64,000 bases of DNA from Neoechinorhynchus agilis (Eukaryota > Animalia > Acanthocephala). Of this stretch, positions 38,636 to 50,047 are shown piece by piece (positions within the stretch are counted from its first letter, which is position 1; each line of letters opens with the position of its first letter). The notes beneath the pieces are model-generated. The model was not told the origin of the DNA. It was given only the letters and a program-made list of their open reading frames with translations, and made no database searches. The stretch spans positions 13,779,480 through 13,843,479 of the forward strand of contig CM121342.1 of NCBI GenBank assembly GCA_051530055.1. Direction: 5' to 3'. Position numbers and translations under genes: made by a program.

Positions 38636-39458
38636 AATGAAAAGTTAACTTGTTTTAAAAAAGTTCAGTACCTAAAAAGTGTGCGGATTAAACACTTTAG
38701 CTTCTTAGCAACAAATAAAAGTTGTGGATTTATACAAAATATTTGTTCTTAATTCTTAAGGTATCAGATTAGGGTAAGCTTTACTCGCCGGCACGCGAAA
38801 CCCGTAAATTATTTTTCCGGTAATCCATGGATCTAAACGGGTTAGATCGTCATTGGAGTATCAAAAAAATTGAAATTTTTAAGGAATTTCAAATACATAT
38901 GGCACAAAATCGATCTAAAATGTCAATAGACGATAATTGCATTTAGATTTAATGATCTTAAAAGAGTTAACTAAATCCGATATCAAGGTTGTTTTCAAGT
39001 TCTCCAACGCATAAAAGATTGTGCCACCGTAATATCGGGTTTAATAAATTCCTTTAATTTCTCAGCAATAAACAAGCACGAAACGTTCAATCTTCAAACA
39101 TTTTAAGATCCTCCTCAAACTTAAAAAATTGATATTTTACTCTTATCTTTATCTGGCGTAAAAATTAAAAGAATTTATTGATTTCAATATTTCGGCACAA
39201 TCTTATACGCGTTTATCAATGTCGCTTGTAAGAGTTGATAAAACTTTGAATCACTACTTCAAACATTTTCATCTCTACATTACTGTTAATATTTTAGATG
39301 GATATTTCGTTGAGCATCCGGCACTGGACATAAAGAAGAAGCCAGATCGCGCTCTTATGCTCTCCACTTATGCATATGACGTCAATGATGAGAAAGAAAC
39401 CTAACACAGAATTGTCCAGATCCTTCGTTTTCAAAGATGGTTGAGATTTACTCTTAAA

Positions 39459-40034
39459 ATGGATAAAGCGCTTCATAAAGAAATCGATGCGGAGACGGCT
39501 CTCTTGAAGGCAATTGTCTATAAGACCAGCAATGCATTGAGACGGACCAAGGCTTTACAGTATGTAAGAATGGCTTGTTCGACTGTCAGATCTCGTTCCA
39601 TCCAGCAACGTTTGCACTCTATTGAAGTCGCCTACAATTACTGCTGTGCTCAAGTCAAACTTGGATTTTTTGTACCAACGTTTTTGATGCTTGCTGCTGG
39701 ATGTGCCAAACTTCATCATCTACTTCGTAGAGTTTTGAAATGGTCCAATATCGCTGAGGACGATGACGATCTCGGTGCAAAGATTTCACAAGTGGATTTG
39801 TTGAGTACCATTGAACGTTCACATGAAAACCATCTACTCAATAAAATCAATTCCGTCTCAAGCAAGGTCATGGCAATTAGTCTTATAACAAAACTTTGGA
39901 ACAAGCGAATACTTAAACCTCAAAAGTACGATATTCTATTATCGAAGGTAAAAAATGAACTGCTTAGAAAGATGTCCGAAATGCACTTAAGGAAAAAAGC
40001 CATAAAGTATTTGTACAGTCCGATTAAAAAATAA
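39459..40034 (+). CDS. Probable NEPRO/RMP64 (DUF4477)-like protein
   Basis: Single-exon ORF; LLKAIVYKTSNALRRTKALQ and QVKLGFFVPTFLMLAAGCAKL resemble the DUF4477 pattern from memory; not search-verified. Confidence 0.5.
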   Translation: MDKALHKEIDAETALLKAIVYKTSNALRRTKALQYVRMACSTVRSRSIQQRLHSIEVAYNYCCAQVKLGFFVPTFLMLAAGCAKLHHLLRRVLKWSNIAEDDDDLGAKISQVDLLSTIERSHENHLLNKINSVSSKVMAISLITKLWNKRILKPQKYDILLSKVKNELLRKMSEMHLRKKAIKYLYSPIKK

Positions 40035-40489
40035 CCGTCCAAACGATAATTAGTCGCTTCTTCATGCAATATTGAATAGAATAGCATCATTGCTAAATTC
40101 GAAATAGAATCAAGAAATCATTTTGTCTAGAGAAATAAAAAAGGTGCACGATTAAGAATGACTGTGACGAAAAGTGAGTTTGGAAAAGCTGAAGATTTCG
40201 AAATGCATTTAGTGTTTGGCACAAAACAAGCTGTACGCCTCAAAAATACCGGATTCAATAAATGTATGTTACCTTCGTTTTCCGCCCTTTAAAAGGGTAA
40301 GAACAAATTCAATCTTCAAACAAAAAACAAGCTGGCGAAAATCAAGACGCTTCGAAGTTTTAGTACAACAATTTCATCCCGAAGGATTTTCTCTCGATCT
40401 TACATAATTTCGGATAAAAGTTCCACAGCAGTAATTATAATAAAACCTTTTATCTTATTCAAAGAATGGAAACTAACGTCGTAAACACG

Positions 40490-41060
40490 CGAACCATATA
40501 AAATGAATGTGTTTGTTTATTTTGGAATGGATTACGAATCCGTTCGGGTGGAATAGTTGATGACTATACTCGCTTTTAAGGAGAGTTTGCTAGGTTGGGT
40601 CTTTGCTCCGGTTCGTTTCGGGTAATAACATCAGAGAGGTTTTTGCTGTATGGAAAAAGTAGCGGCATGAAAAGAATTGGGATTACGAGTGTTGCGCTCA
40701 TGTAAAAAGGGGGACAAAATGTTGTTAAAATTGTGGTTGTAGGTTTGAGAGGCATTTTGATTGTTTGATTAAAATTTTATTAAGGAATTCGGTGAGCGGG
40801 GAAAAATCAACTGTGCAAGTTTTTGAAAGACGACGGATTTGTGATAGGGAAACGTGGGTAAAATAAAGCTGAAGTAAAATTTGTAAAGATCGGGTGAAGA
40901 GATTCCTAATGTAAATTTGAAGGTATTGCGTTTGGGAGAAAATGTAATGTGGGAGTCCCCTTTAAGTTTCGATTCAAATTAAAGACCCAGAATTCTGATG
41001 GGAGGTGATTCGTTGGATGTCATTTGGAAGCTCGGGGTAGGATGTGGGGTTGCGGGAGAG
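40490..41060 (-). mobile_element. Decayed LINE RT C-terminus and 3' end
   Basis: Minus strand reads SPPIRILGL-like segment typical of the LINE RT thumb; 3' part homologous to 26530-26780. Confidence 0.55.
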
Positions 41061-41502
41061 AGAGGATTTACTCGAAGCAATCATGGCGAATTTTTACCGA
41101 CAATCGTCTAGGCTGATTTATAGACTAAAGTTGCGCCTGTAATTGGACAATTGTTCAACGAATGGGGATTTTGTGCGATATCTATATCGAGATTGGGTAA
41201 TCCTATGAATTCAAGAAAAAGGCAATGAGTATTAAAATTTTCTTCAAACGAGATCAAACGATGAGATCAAAGTTTATCTGAAAAAGAAAGTCTATAATGA
41301 TTATTTAAGTATTTTTAATTAAGTCAATGATTTACACATTGATGCTCTAACGAAGATATCGTGTAAATATTTCTGCGAATAAAGATCGTTTGGTATAATG
41401 TCAATTTTTTTATAAACTCGATGCACATGTTTAGCTCCGTAGAAATATTTCAGCATCGAGTAATAAGTTAATAAAAGTTGCAAAGAAATTATTCATTATA
41501 GT

Positions 41503-41691
41503 TTCAGTTTCAATTAGCGATGTTTGATTCAAAAAATAGATTTATCTTGAAAATTTTCGACCTTATCGTTGGCCTTCTTCAGTCAATTGTTTGCAATTCT
41601 TTAACAACTGACTGAAGAAGGCCAACGAAAAAGCCGAAAATTTTCAAGATAAATCTATTTTCGGAATCAAACATCGCTAATTGAAACTGAA
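41503..41691. mobile_element. Palindromic pLTR pair with an HHR in each arm
   Basis: Inverted arms of about 85 bp; TGA-CTGAAGA-A-GGC(C)-AACGA.AA-GG(T/C)C-GAA-AATT-T-TCAA outward on both strands; same pLTR as 60728-61191. Confidence 0.88.
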
Positions 41692-43759
41692 GTTAATAAA
41701 AGTGTCTGTTTAGGTAGTAACCGTTTTGTGCACTGGATTCAATAACTAAACGCTTTTCAACTTGCAACATTTTAAACATATAGTTTAAAGTTTATTCCGT
41801 TAAAAATTATTACTTGCCCAATTTCGTTTCCAGCATAACTTTTTGAATCTCCATTATACACAATCCGATCCGAACGATTTCATGAGTGATGAAACCGTTA
41901 ATGCTCCAAAGGTCCGCTAGACATTTATTCAAGTCAATCAATAGATCGAGTATAATCTGCAAGCGTCTCTGATTTCCGGAATTTGTACATGGTTTGACCA
42001 ATTTTACTAGCTTTTCCGCAAACATCTTTAAACTCAAGACTAATTCTTTGACAGTAACATCTACTTTTTCGTTATCAGTGACTAAAATAGAAAATATTAG
42101 TCTTATACAGGCATTTGGGTGAATCTACGTCCAAGTATTTCTACCATAGTATCATAATCCATAGTTATTTTCTCTGTCTTAATAAATTCTGACATTAAAA
42201 TAATACATATTAACGTCCTTATAGAGGTGCCCAAAATGTTAGATATACTAAAAAAGATAAAAATAAAAATTCTCGAATCCTATTTAAATCTAACCATATT
42301 TTAGTATCCGTTTCGATAAGCTCTGCAAGATTTTTATTTGCTGCGATTCTCAATGGCGGTCGATTAAAAATCATTTGACATATATCAGCAAAAGGAAACA
42401 TTCGTTTCCAAATTAAAAGAAAAAAGTTTGGAATTAATCAAAGGAAACCCAATAAAACTTATTCAAAATGTGGCAGTGCGTTTAATACAATGCAAAAAAT
42501 CCATTTTAGGCGTTATCTCTATCATAGTCCGTTCTGCGACGAGCTCTTTGTGTGCATTTTATTTATGGAAGCAATAATATTTTCTCAGGCTATGAGAGAG
42601 AAAATGAAGAATACAGTAGAATGTCATTTATCCGCGAATTAATTGCGACCGAACACCATTCGGATACGAGATTTTTTTCGAGTAACCGAAACTCCAATGT
42701 TATGTATCCACTTTATAAAGCTGGATTACAGATATCAACGTTCTTAACATGCTGGGGAAATTGGTATAAAAAAGCAAAATATAATTTTAGCTTTATTGTT
42801 GCTATTTCTCGAATTCTCTTTTAGCAACAGAAGTTGATTAGGAAAGCGTTCTGATCCGGATAATCGACGTTCGGATGATCTACTTTGTTCTATTTGATTA
42901 TTTTAAAATACTTAACAAAAGAACGATTTAAATGGCTTAGAATTAAATCGGTGACTTTCAAAAGCTCACAAAATAATAGTCAGGCTCCATTTCTACATTA
43001 ATCAATGTTCAAACATGGATATTTGCCACGAGATGGTAGCCGATTTAAGAAGCGTAGCGTGTAATCCTCGCTCTGATGCTTGGCATCTTTTCGTCGAGTA
43101 AGTCACACAATTCCAGTTCTAGCAAGGGACGAATCAAATGTTGATCAAATGGAATCAAAATGTTACAGCTAACCTTTTGAACGTTCATTTGCACCAATAC
43201 GATGCAGCTGATCGAATTCGAAATTTAAGTGACCAACATCTTTGTCAAAGGCCGACGCTAACTCCTTTATTTTCTACATTCTATTTCTAGTTCTCTCTCT
43301 TTTTTAGAAAAATTGGATACCTCGTCTCGTTCGTATATTTTGTTCAGAGCTTTTATGAGGGCGTCGAGTTTAACTTCAACTGACATCTGAAAAAGAGTCA
43401 AAAACAAAAAGTCAAAAATGGCGTTAAGAATAATTCGAAGTATGATATCTATGCGCAAAATCTTATGAACGGTTTTTTGAAAGACATTTTTGATTTAAAA
43501 TACAACAAGGCAACTTCAGTTGGCGTTTCTATAATCGCACAGTAACAAAAAGAAGAAGTTTGCTTTGGAGACTTCGACGAAGATGCTTACTCGTCACTCA
43601 AATATCCAACTTTCTATAAAATAATGGTTTAGAGATATAATTACAATGAAAAATTAAATCGCAAATAAATCTGTCAGTCTTGTGAAATACTACTTAAAAG
43701 AAACCGTTCATTTATATTCGGGACGTACGCTAAGCTACCTTCAGGAAGTTCCATTCATT

Positions 43760-44200
43760 AATGATCAATGGAACTATGATGCAAATCGAATCCTGAGATC
43801 GGACAACGAATCAACAAAAAAATGCATATCTTATTGCAAAACCGGCAAAAAATTGTCCAGCATTGTTGATCCGTTGCCACAAGTCCATATTGGGTAGAAT
43901 AACAATCTACAACACAAGAATGGTGATCATCGGAACGCTGTTGAACAAGAAAACAGACCAAAGCTCTGCAGTGGTGAGTCACTCGACATCGAATCACGAG
44001 ATTGATTTTGACAGCGTCAATGTATTGATGCAAAGTGACGATCGATATGCATGTGTAATCGTTGAAGCAATGTAAATCGACTTTCGAGGCACATTCCAGT
44101 CAAATAAGGCAGATTATAGGCTGACACTCAGAATAAAGCCACCCTGATCTGCATTTAAGACATAAGGAAGTACGACGAAACGGACGAAATATTGGTAATT
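43760..44200 (+). mobile_element. Decayed PLE GIY-YIG endonuclease fragment with degenerate HHR remnant
   Basis: SSAVVSHSTSNHEIDFDSVNVL..SDDRYACVIVEAM plus frameshifted HIG..NNLQ..DHRNAV; ggacgaaatatt at about 44184. Confidence 0.7.
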
Positions 44201-44959
44201 AATTAAATCAATCCCTATTTTTATAATCACCAAAGAACACATTGAAAGAAATAGTAAGACGGCGAAAGATCGAAATTAAAGATTTTTGTTCAGCATCTAT
44301 GTGTGGCCTTTTTCACGGCTGATAATTTTCTCTTGGGTTACATACTTCAAAACTTACAAGCACGCAACTAAACGGCGGACGTAACTATGAAGGACCGAGG
44401 GAAATTAAAGAAAGTTCATCGGTCGACCCTAATCCGCAGGGGACGAAGCGCTTCCTCGTTCGACGCACATCCAAGTGACAAACCAACTGCGTCAACAACA
44501 ACTGTAATGATGAAAACAGTGCTGTATAATGTTGACCCTGGAAGCGTTCTAAAATGTTGCATGTGCAAAGCGACAAGATACCACGCTTGCAGAATGCTGC
44601 TAGCGTGGAGAAGCTAAGATTTTGCGGACGGTGGTGATTGCACGTTTTGTACTTTATTATTGTAAAACTTATTAAACTTTCGATATTATTGGAAAGACGA
44701 AATTTCGTTTGTTCAACGAACACATTCGTAAATTTCATGGAATAATTGGACTGTTGTGGCGGTGCCCAATATGTATGAAGTATGAACACTGTGAACTCAT
44801 CTTAGAAAGTTAAAAATCACCGAACGGTGCTCCATGAAATGTGCGCAGTCCAAGCGTCGCCAAGAACGTTGTGATTAATAAAGCTCATTATTTCCTTTTT
44901 ATATAGCGAATTATAATAATTGATTTATGTACTTGACTCACATATTTAAAAACTTACAA

Positions 44960-44995
44960 TCAATAGACTGAAGAAGGCCTACGCGAAGGCTGACG
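44960..44995 (+). ncRNA. Degenerate type I HHR motif
   Basis: CTGAAGA-A-GGCC-TACGCGA-AGGCT-GAC; related copy at about 46185-46220 (CCGAATA-A-GGCC-TACGCGAG-GGCC-GAA-AATT-A). Confidence 0.5.
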
Positions 44996-45439
44996 AGTGT
45001 CCACCCATGTGAACGGAACCGTACGTTGAACGGAGCGCAACGTCAAGCATGCAATCGCCGACGTAATAGAGCACTCTATTTCGGGAATACCAGTCAAATG
45101 GATAATGAGGTATTTAAGGATGTATCTCTAAATGACTGCAAAATATCGGCAGTCCAGATATATGCTTACTATGGAAATCTCTTCGAGATTACTGAATGTG
45201 TTTGAAGATTGAATTGTTCACATTGGTTGTTTCCTGGCGCGTAGAAAAATTAAAATGGTTTTATTTTAAAATCTTATTGGTTTCGGAGGCGCACAATCTT
45301 GTGAACGCGTTCTTTCAAATTGATAAGCGCGTCGAAACCAAGAATATTTTAAAATACAAACATTTTAATTTTTGTACGCGCCAGAAAACAAACCATTATT
45401 GAATGTAATGACAGGCCATGTAGTCTAAATGGAGAACAA

Positions 45440-45880
45440 ATGTCATCATGGACGGTAATGACTGCAGAAGAGATCGGTAAGGTCATGGATGGAGTTAAAT
45501 TTTCAAGTGCGTTAAGAGTAGATTGGGTAAGCACCTATAAAAGCATTCGGCGAATAAATGATAGAAAATATCATCCTATACAACATGGCGTTACAATTGG
45601 GATGTCCGCCTTCATCGTGGGCGGGAACTAGGACAGTACTCGTACTTAAAAACAGTAAAGTTGTTCGCTCGTATGAGGAATAGCCCAACCCTTTTGAAAG
45701 GGAGGCATACTATAATAATATACTCGGTAGCTTTTCGAACGGTAATACACGCCTCGCTTGCTGAGAAGAAAAGACTGGCCATCGCAGTGTTAGATATCAA
45801 AGGTACCTTTGACACAGTGTCACACGGGGCACTGGAAATTTCGCTGAAGGAAATACACCGAGATCGATATTTGTAAAGAT
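45440..45880 (+). mobile_element. Non-LTR retrotransposon RT fragment
   Basis: HASLAEKKRLAIAVLDIKGTFDTVSHGAL matches the RT 'LD..AFD.VSH' motif. Confidence 0.78.
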
Positions 45881-46943
45881 GTTCATCATTTAATTTTCGA
45901 TAGCGAATTTAATTGATTTATTTTTTCGTACAGGATCACATTCGGGTGGAAAGATATTCTTGTTGAGACATATTCATGGTATTTAATATTTCGTGGACAA
46001 AATCCACCTAACGTCGTAAACACTTGCAAACAATATCTCGGGGTTGGACCGCTCAACAAGAATTTCTAGACATACAATAAATTAAGGTACATGAGTTTAC
46101 GAGCAAGTCGATTAGGGCAATGCCAACTAAAAATCTCAACGATTCAGCATTTTACAAGATTATTGAACGCTTCGCAGAAAAATGCCCGAATAAGGCCTAC
46201 GCGAGGGCCGAAAATTATCAAATAAATCAATTATTATAATTCGCCATATTAATAAAGTATAATTATTGATTTCGCAGTATATTATGAAACTGATGACCAA
46301 TTGCGAGGTTTCAATGTAATGAGAAAAAAGAGACACGTCAAAATACAACATGAATGAATATAATGTAAATCATATCGAGAAAATCCATCGGGATGTTAAG
46401 TTTTGACTTGTGGTGAGCGGCCAATATAATGGAAGGCAATAAAGCGAATTTGAGCGTAAAACTGCCTGCTAGCGACAACACACACGATACAGTGCAGGGT
46501 TTACGAGCAGGGGAATACGGTCTGCGGACCTTTTTGGAAGTAGCGAATCTGTCAACCCGAGTCTATTGGATAAAACATAGGATTGACAATAATCTAAAAC
46601 CTATTTAGATGATTGAGAAGGCGAGGTTTCTTCTCTTTCGAAATATTTCAGTACAATAAAATGATTTTTAACCGGGTGATTATCTTCACCACAAGTCAAA
46701 ATAATGTAAATGTACTTGGCATTGCAGTTGGATCAAGAATGACATACACAGATGAACTGCTGTCAAGCTTGAAGAGATTACAGATCAAAGCAGTAAAAAG
46801 GAAAAATTATAAAACAAAAACATTTGAACAAACGAAAATGTTCTTAAAAACTTGAAAAGAATTCATGGGGGTGCCGCTGTGAAAAAAGCCACACATAAAT
46901 ACTGAACGAAAGTTACCGAATAAGAAAAACATATTATTTTTAG

Positions 46944-46990
46944 ATGACTGATGAGGAGGCGAGGTTACCTCCTCGCGAGATATTTCAAAT
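46944..46990 (+). ncRNA. Degenerate type I HHR motif (family of 48333/48813)
   Basis: TGA-CTGATGA-GGAGGCGAGGTTACCTCCTCGC-GAG-ATAT-T-TCA. Confidence 0.55.
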
Positions 46991-47682
46991 AAACTAAAAA
47001 TATGTAATGACCGGGATTATGTTCATCAAAATTATACTTTTACTAACCCCAAGGATTTTCTATCGATGATTTTCTTAAATATGCGCTAAAAGCAAGAAGT
47101 ATAAAATGCAAAGATTGCTTTCTGTCTTGTTTGTATGAACACTGAATTATTATTTTCGTTCATAGTTTGTGGAACGATGCGAATTGGACCTATTTGAGAT
47201 TTTCCTGGCGTTTCTCTACTCCTTTTTCAATTATCGATTGATTTGTTTGTGCTCTTCTGGAAATATCACCTATGTTTTTTGTTCACTGAACCGGTTTTTA
47301 TAAACTCGATTAAAAACATTGTTAATCGCTCGTCAGTCTTAGAATCAACTTAAAAAATAATTCCTAGATGTTTTTACTGGCAAGCCGGTTCTATTGATTC
47401 AGATCTAGGTCATCCCTTCACAAAATAATGCTTTTAATATTGAAAGCCTGTGAACGGTGAAGATTAGTGAATTTTTTACAATCGGGAATTTCACTATTAA
47501 GCGGTCTTTTTCGCCACTAAACTCGCGTTAAACTTTCGAAAATTGAATTTCGGCATCCTTGTCTTATCTTTTTAAAACTGCAATGTTTTATCTTAAATTT
47601 TAATGTTTAAGTGTTGGTTTTAGCTTTAGACTGTTGCCTGATAGACATTTATAAAAGTCAACTTGTTAGTCGTCATTTAAAG

Positions 47683-48075
47683 ATGGATTCGAAACCTCCG
47701 CGGCCATCCAAAGGTACATCGCGGATCCATTATTATGAAAACGAACGGCACTTTCAGAAAGCTCTTGATAGCAATCACATTGTTGTGGTAAAATTCTTTA
47801 CTCATTGGTGCGGCCGATGTTATGGCGACAAGAATACACTAAATAATTTTTTAAATAGATCATTATCTGCTGGTATCTTGTTTGCCAAAGTGGATTTAGA
47901 TGAAGCTGTTGGTCTCCTTAGCAAGTATGAAATCAAAGTATTCCCAACGTATATTATATTTGTTAACGGGCAAGAACATAGTCGTTATATGCTTGAAGAA
48001 ATCGATAAATTGGATGAATGCATAAAGGTGCTTACGTTTAAACCTCAGACGATTGATGATGGCATCGAGCACTAA
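47683..48075 (+). CDS. Thioredoxin-family protein (WCGRC)
   Basis: VVVKFFTHWCGRC, FAKVDLDE, YEIKVFPTYIIFVNG; ATG at 47683. Confidence 0.88.
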   Translation: MDSKPPRPSKGTSRIHYYENERHFQKALDSNHIVVVKFFTHWCGRCYGDKNTLNNFLNRSLSAGILFAKVDLDEAVGLLSKYEIKVFPTYIIFVNGQEHSRYMLEEIDKLDECIKVLTFKPQTIDDGIEH

Positions 48076-48332
48076 GGAAACAGGTTCTTCTAATGTTCTC
48101 TTATTGTCCATAACAAAAAAGGACGATGAAGATGTATGTTAGAAACTCTTTCATACCTAATAAAGGACACTGCTTTAAACGACCTTGAAAAAACTTGCTA
48201 ATAATCGTTTGGACGCATTTACGCTTTCAAAGAAGTCGCTCATAAAAGAATCTGAGTAATCTATACGTTTGTTCCTCCAAAAAGAATGAAATTCCCATTA
48301 CTAAAATAATTCGTCCAACAATCATATTAATT

Positions 48333-48373
48333 ATGAAATATTTTGCGAGTAAGCATCTCGCCTCATCAGTCAT
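48333..48373 (-). ncRNA. Type I HHR motif (G12 mutated)
   Basis: ATGA-CTGATGA-G-GCGAG-ATGCTTA-CTCGC-AAA-ATAT-T-TCAT. Confidence 0.65.
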
Positions 48374-48471
48374 TGTTCGCATTTTCATCATTAAATTTTA
48401 GTTAAGGCATAAAGCCAAACCAATTACATCAGAGAAGTGATATAACCACATAGTCTCTAATGCACGGTTAA

Positions 48472-48668
48472 GAGTTTGTACATTCCTCCGGATCCTCAGA
48501 TATCTACAGAAGGCGGGACTCATCAGTGAGTTTCCTCCCCTCAGCGATATTTCGTCCTCTTTGGCTGTGCGTAATCGGCGGTGACGGATTCGAACCAGTT
48601 GACCCAAACTGGAATCTGAAGCATTAGTCCACTTGACCACCTCGACACAACTACGAAATATCAAACTC
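48472..48668 (-). mobile_element. tRNA-derived SINE-like element with a type II (permuted) HHR-like core
   Basis: Box A-like TGGTCAAGTGG, box B GGTTCGAATCC, then GGAC-GAA-ATAT-C-GC-TGAG-GGGAGGAAA-CTCA-CTGATGA-GTCC; 3 copies in the window. Confidence 0.78.
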
Positions 48669-48812
48669 AGTCAGTTTTTCGACTCAGGGTGAGCGCTGTA
48701 TTCTATTTTAAGTTTTACTGGCAACCCTATTTGTTTCATATCATCATTAAATTGTAGTTTGTTCCTTAATTGCGAATAGGACACTTAAACAATGACTGAT
48801 GAGGCGATAACA

Positions 48813-48852
48813 ATGACTGATGAGGCGATATGTTTACTCGCGAAATATTTCC
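48813..48852 (+). ncRNA. Type I HHR motif, preceded by a 21-bp tandem duplication
   Basis: ATGA-CTGATGA-G-GCGA-TATGTTTAC-TCGC-GAA-ATAT-T-TCC. Confidence 0.72.
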
Positions 48853-50047
48853 TAGTAATAAAGGAATCTTTAACCAGAATATTGCCATTGTGACCTTCGA
48901 GAAACGAATCATTATTTGAGCACTTCCTTTAAAAGGTGTACTCGTAAAATATATAGGGACGACGATATGATTCATGGACAAGTGGTGTGTGTTTTTTGCA
49001 ATTGTGACAAATGTACGTGAGTATGACAGCGAGAAACGGAATACCAGTTCATCAATAAAAATAATTTGATATTAACGGTTTAGTAGAAAGCTGTCTTTTT
49101 TTTAAAGGCTTAAAAATAATGTAGCTGAACTCATTAAATTTATTTGTCTTGAATTCCAATTGTGCTGGTAGGAAAGGTGTTAAACAACTTGAAGCTTTTA
49201 AATAGGAGCAATCATATGAAATGATTTATCTCCGAGTACGGAAAGTACAACATGGAAGTGTTATACCCTTCAATAAGCGATCACCGAACACTGATCGAAG
49301 CCTGGCCAATATCGGCTTGTTGCTTAAAGGCCACGGAATTTCGTGTGTTAATTCGTATTCGGTTTGATCTTTCCATACCAATAATAACTGAGATGTATGT
49401 TCAAAAACCATTCAAAATTTGTCCAGCCAGTCTTAATCGTTTCCGTTAAACTTTTTTGTGCGTTCCGTGATCGGATAATATTCTTAATGAAGATTGTGTA
49501 CATGTCACTGTGATATTGCTTAACAGATAGACAACTAAATATTGCATGTCATTGGTTGCTTTGCAATATTGCAAGAATTTTGTAAAGTAACTCCCTTTTT
49601 AATTAGAACGACACATTCTTGGGTTAGGCTGTGGGTGCAATTTACACATTTAGTTTTAAATGCTAGTCACAGGCTGAGATTGAGTTCAAAGTAAAGAACA
49701 GTTGGTTATCTCTCCGGTATCTATGACTTTTTCTCAGGTTTTCGTCTCGGTAGCACACACATAGTATCTTTAACCTTTCATATGGGAGCGTCATGCATCC
49801 ATTCAAAAAAATCATGTTAAACTACCATTTTGGCCTTTAAACGTTAAACCTTTTCCCCTCCCGCCCTTTCAAATGAAGTAAAGTTATTCCTATCGAAGAA
49901 ACGAGCATTCAATCTTAATGGATTCTATCTACCTACTTTTACATATTCACTCCTTCCCGTAAGTTACCCGTTCAAGTGAGTCATCATTTTCCTTTCCCAG
50001 AAAGGTAGGAGCTTTTTGCGTGGCAAACACAACAACTGTTGCTTTCA

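Noticed and set aside
48570-48645. Possible tRNA gene (box B GGTTCGAATCC)
   Set aside because: No convincing cloverleaf or acceptor stem; embedded in a multi-copy element, so treated as a SINE head
49250-49320. ISDHRTLI resembling an APE endonuclease C-terminal motif
   Set aside because: Too short and isolated
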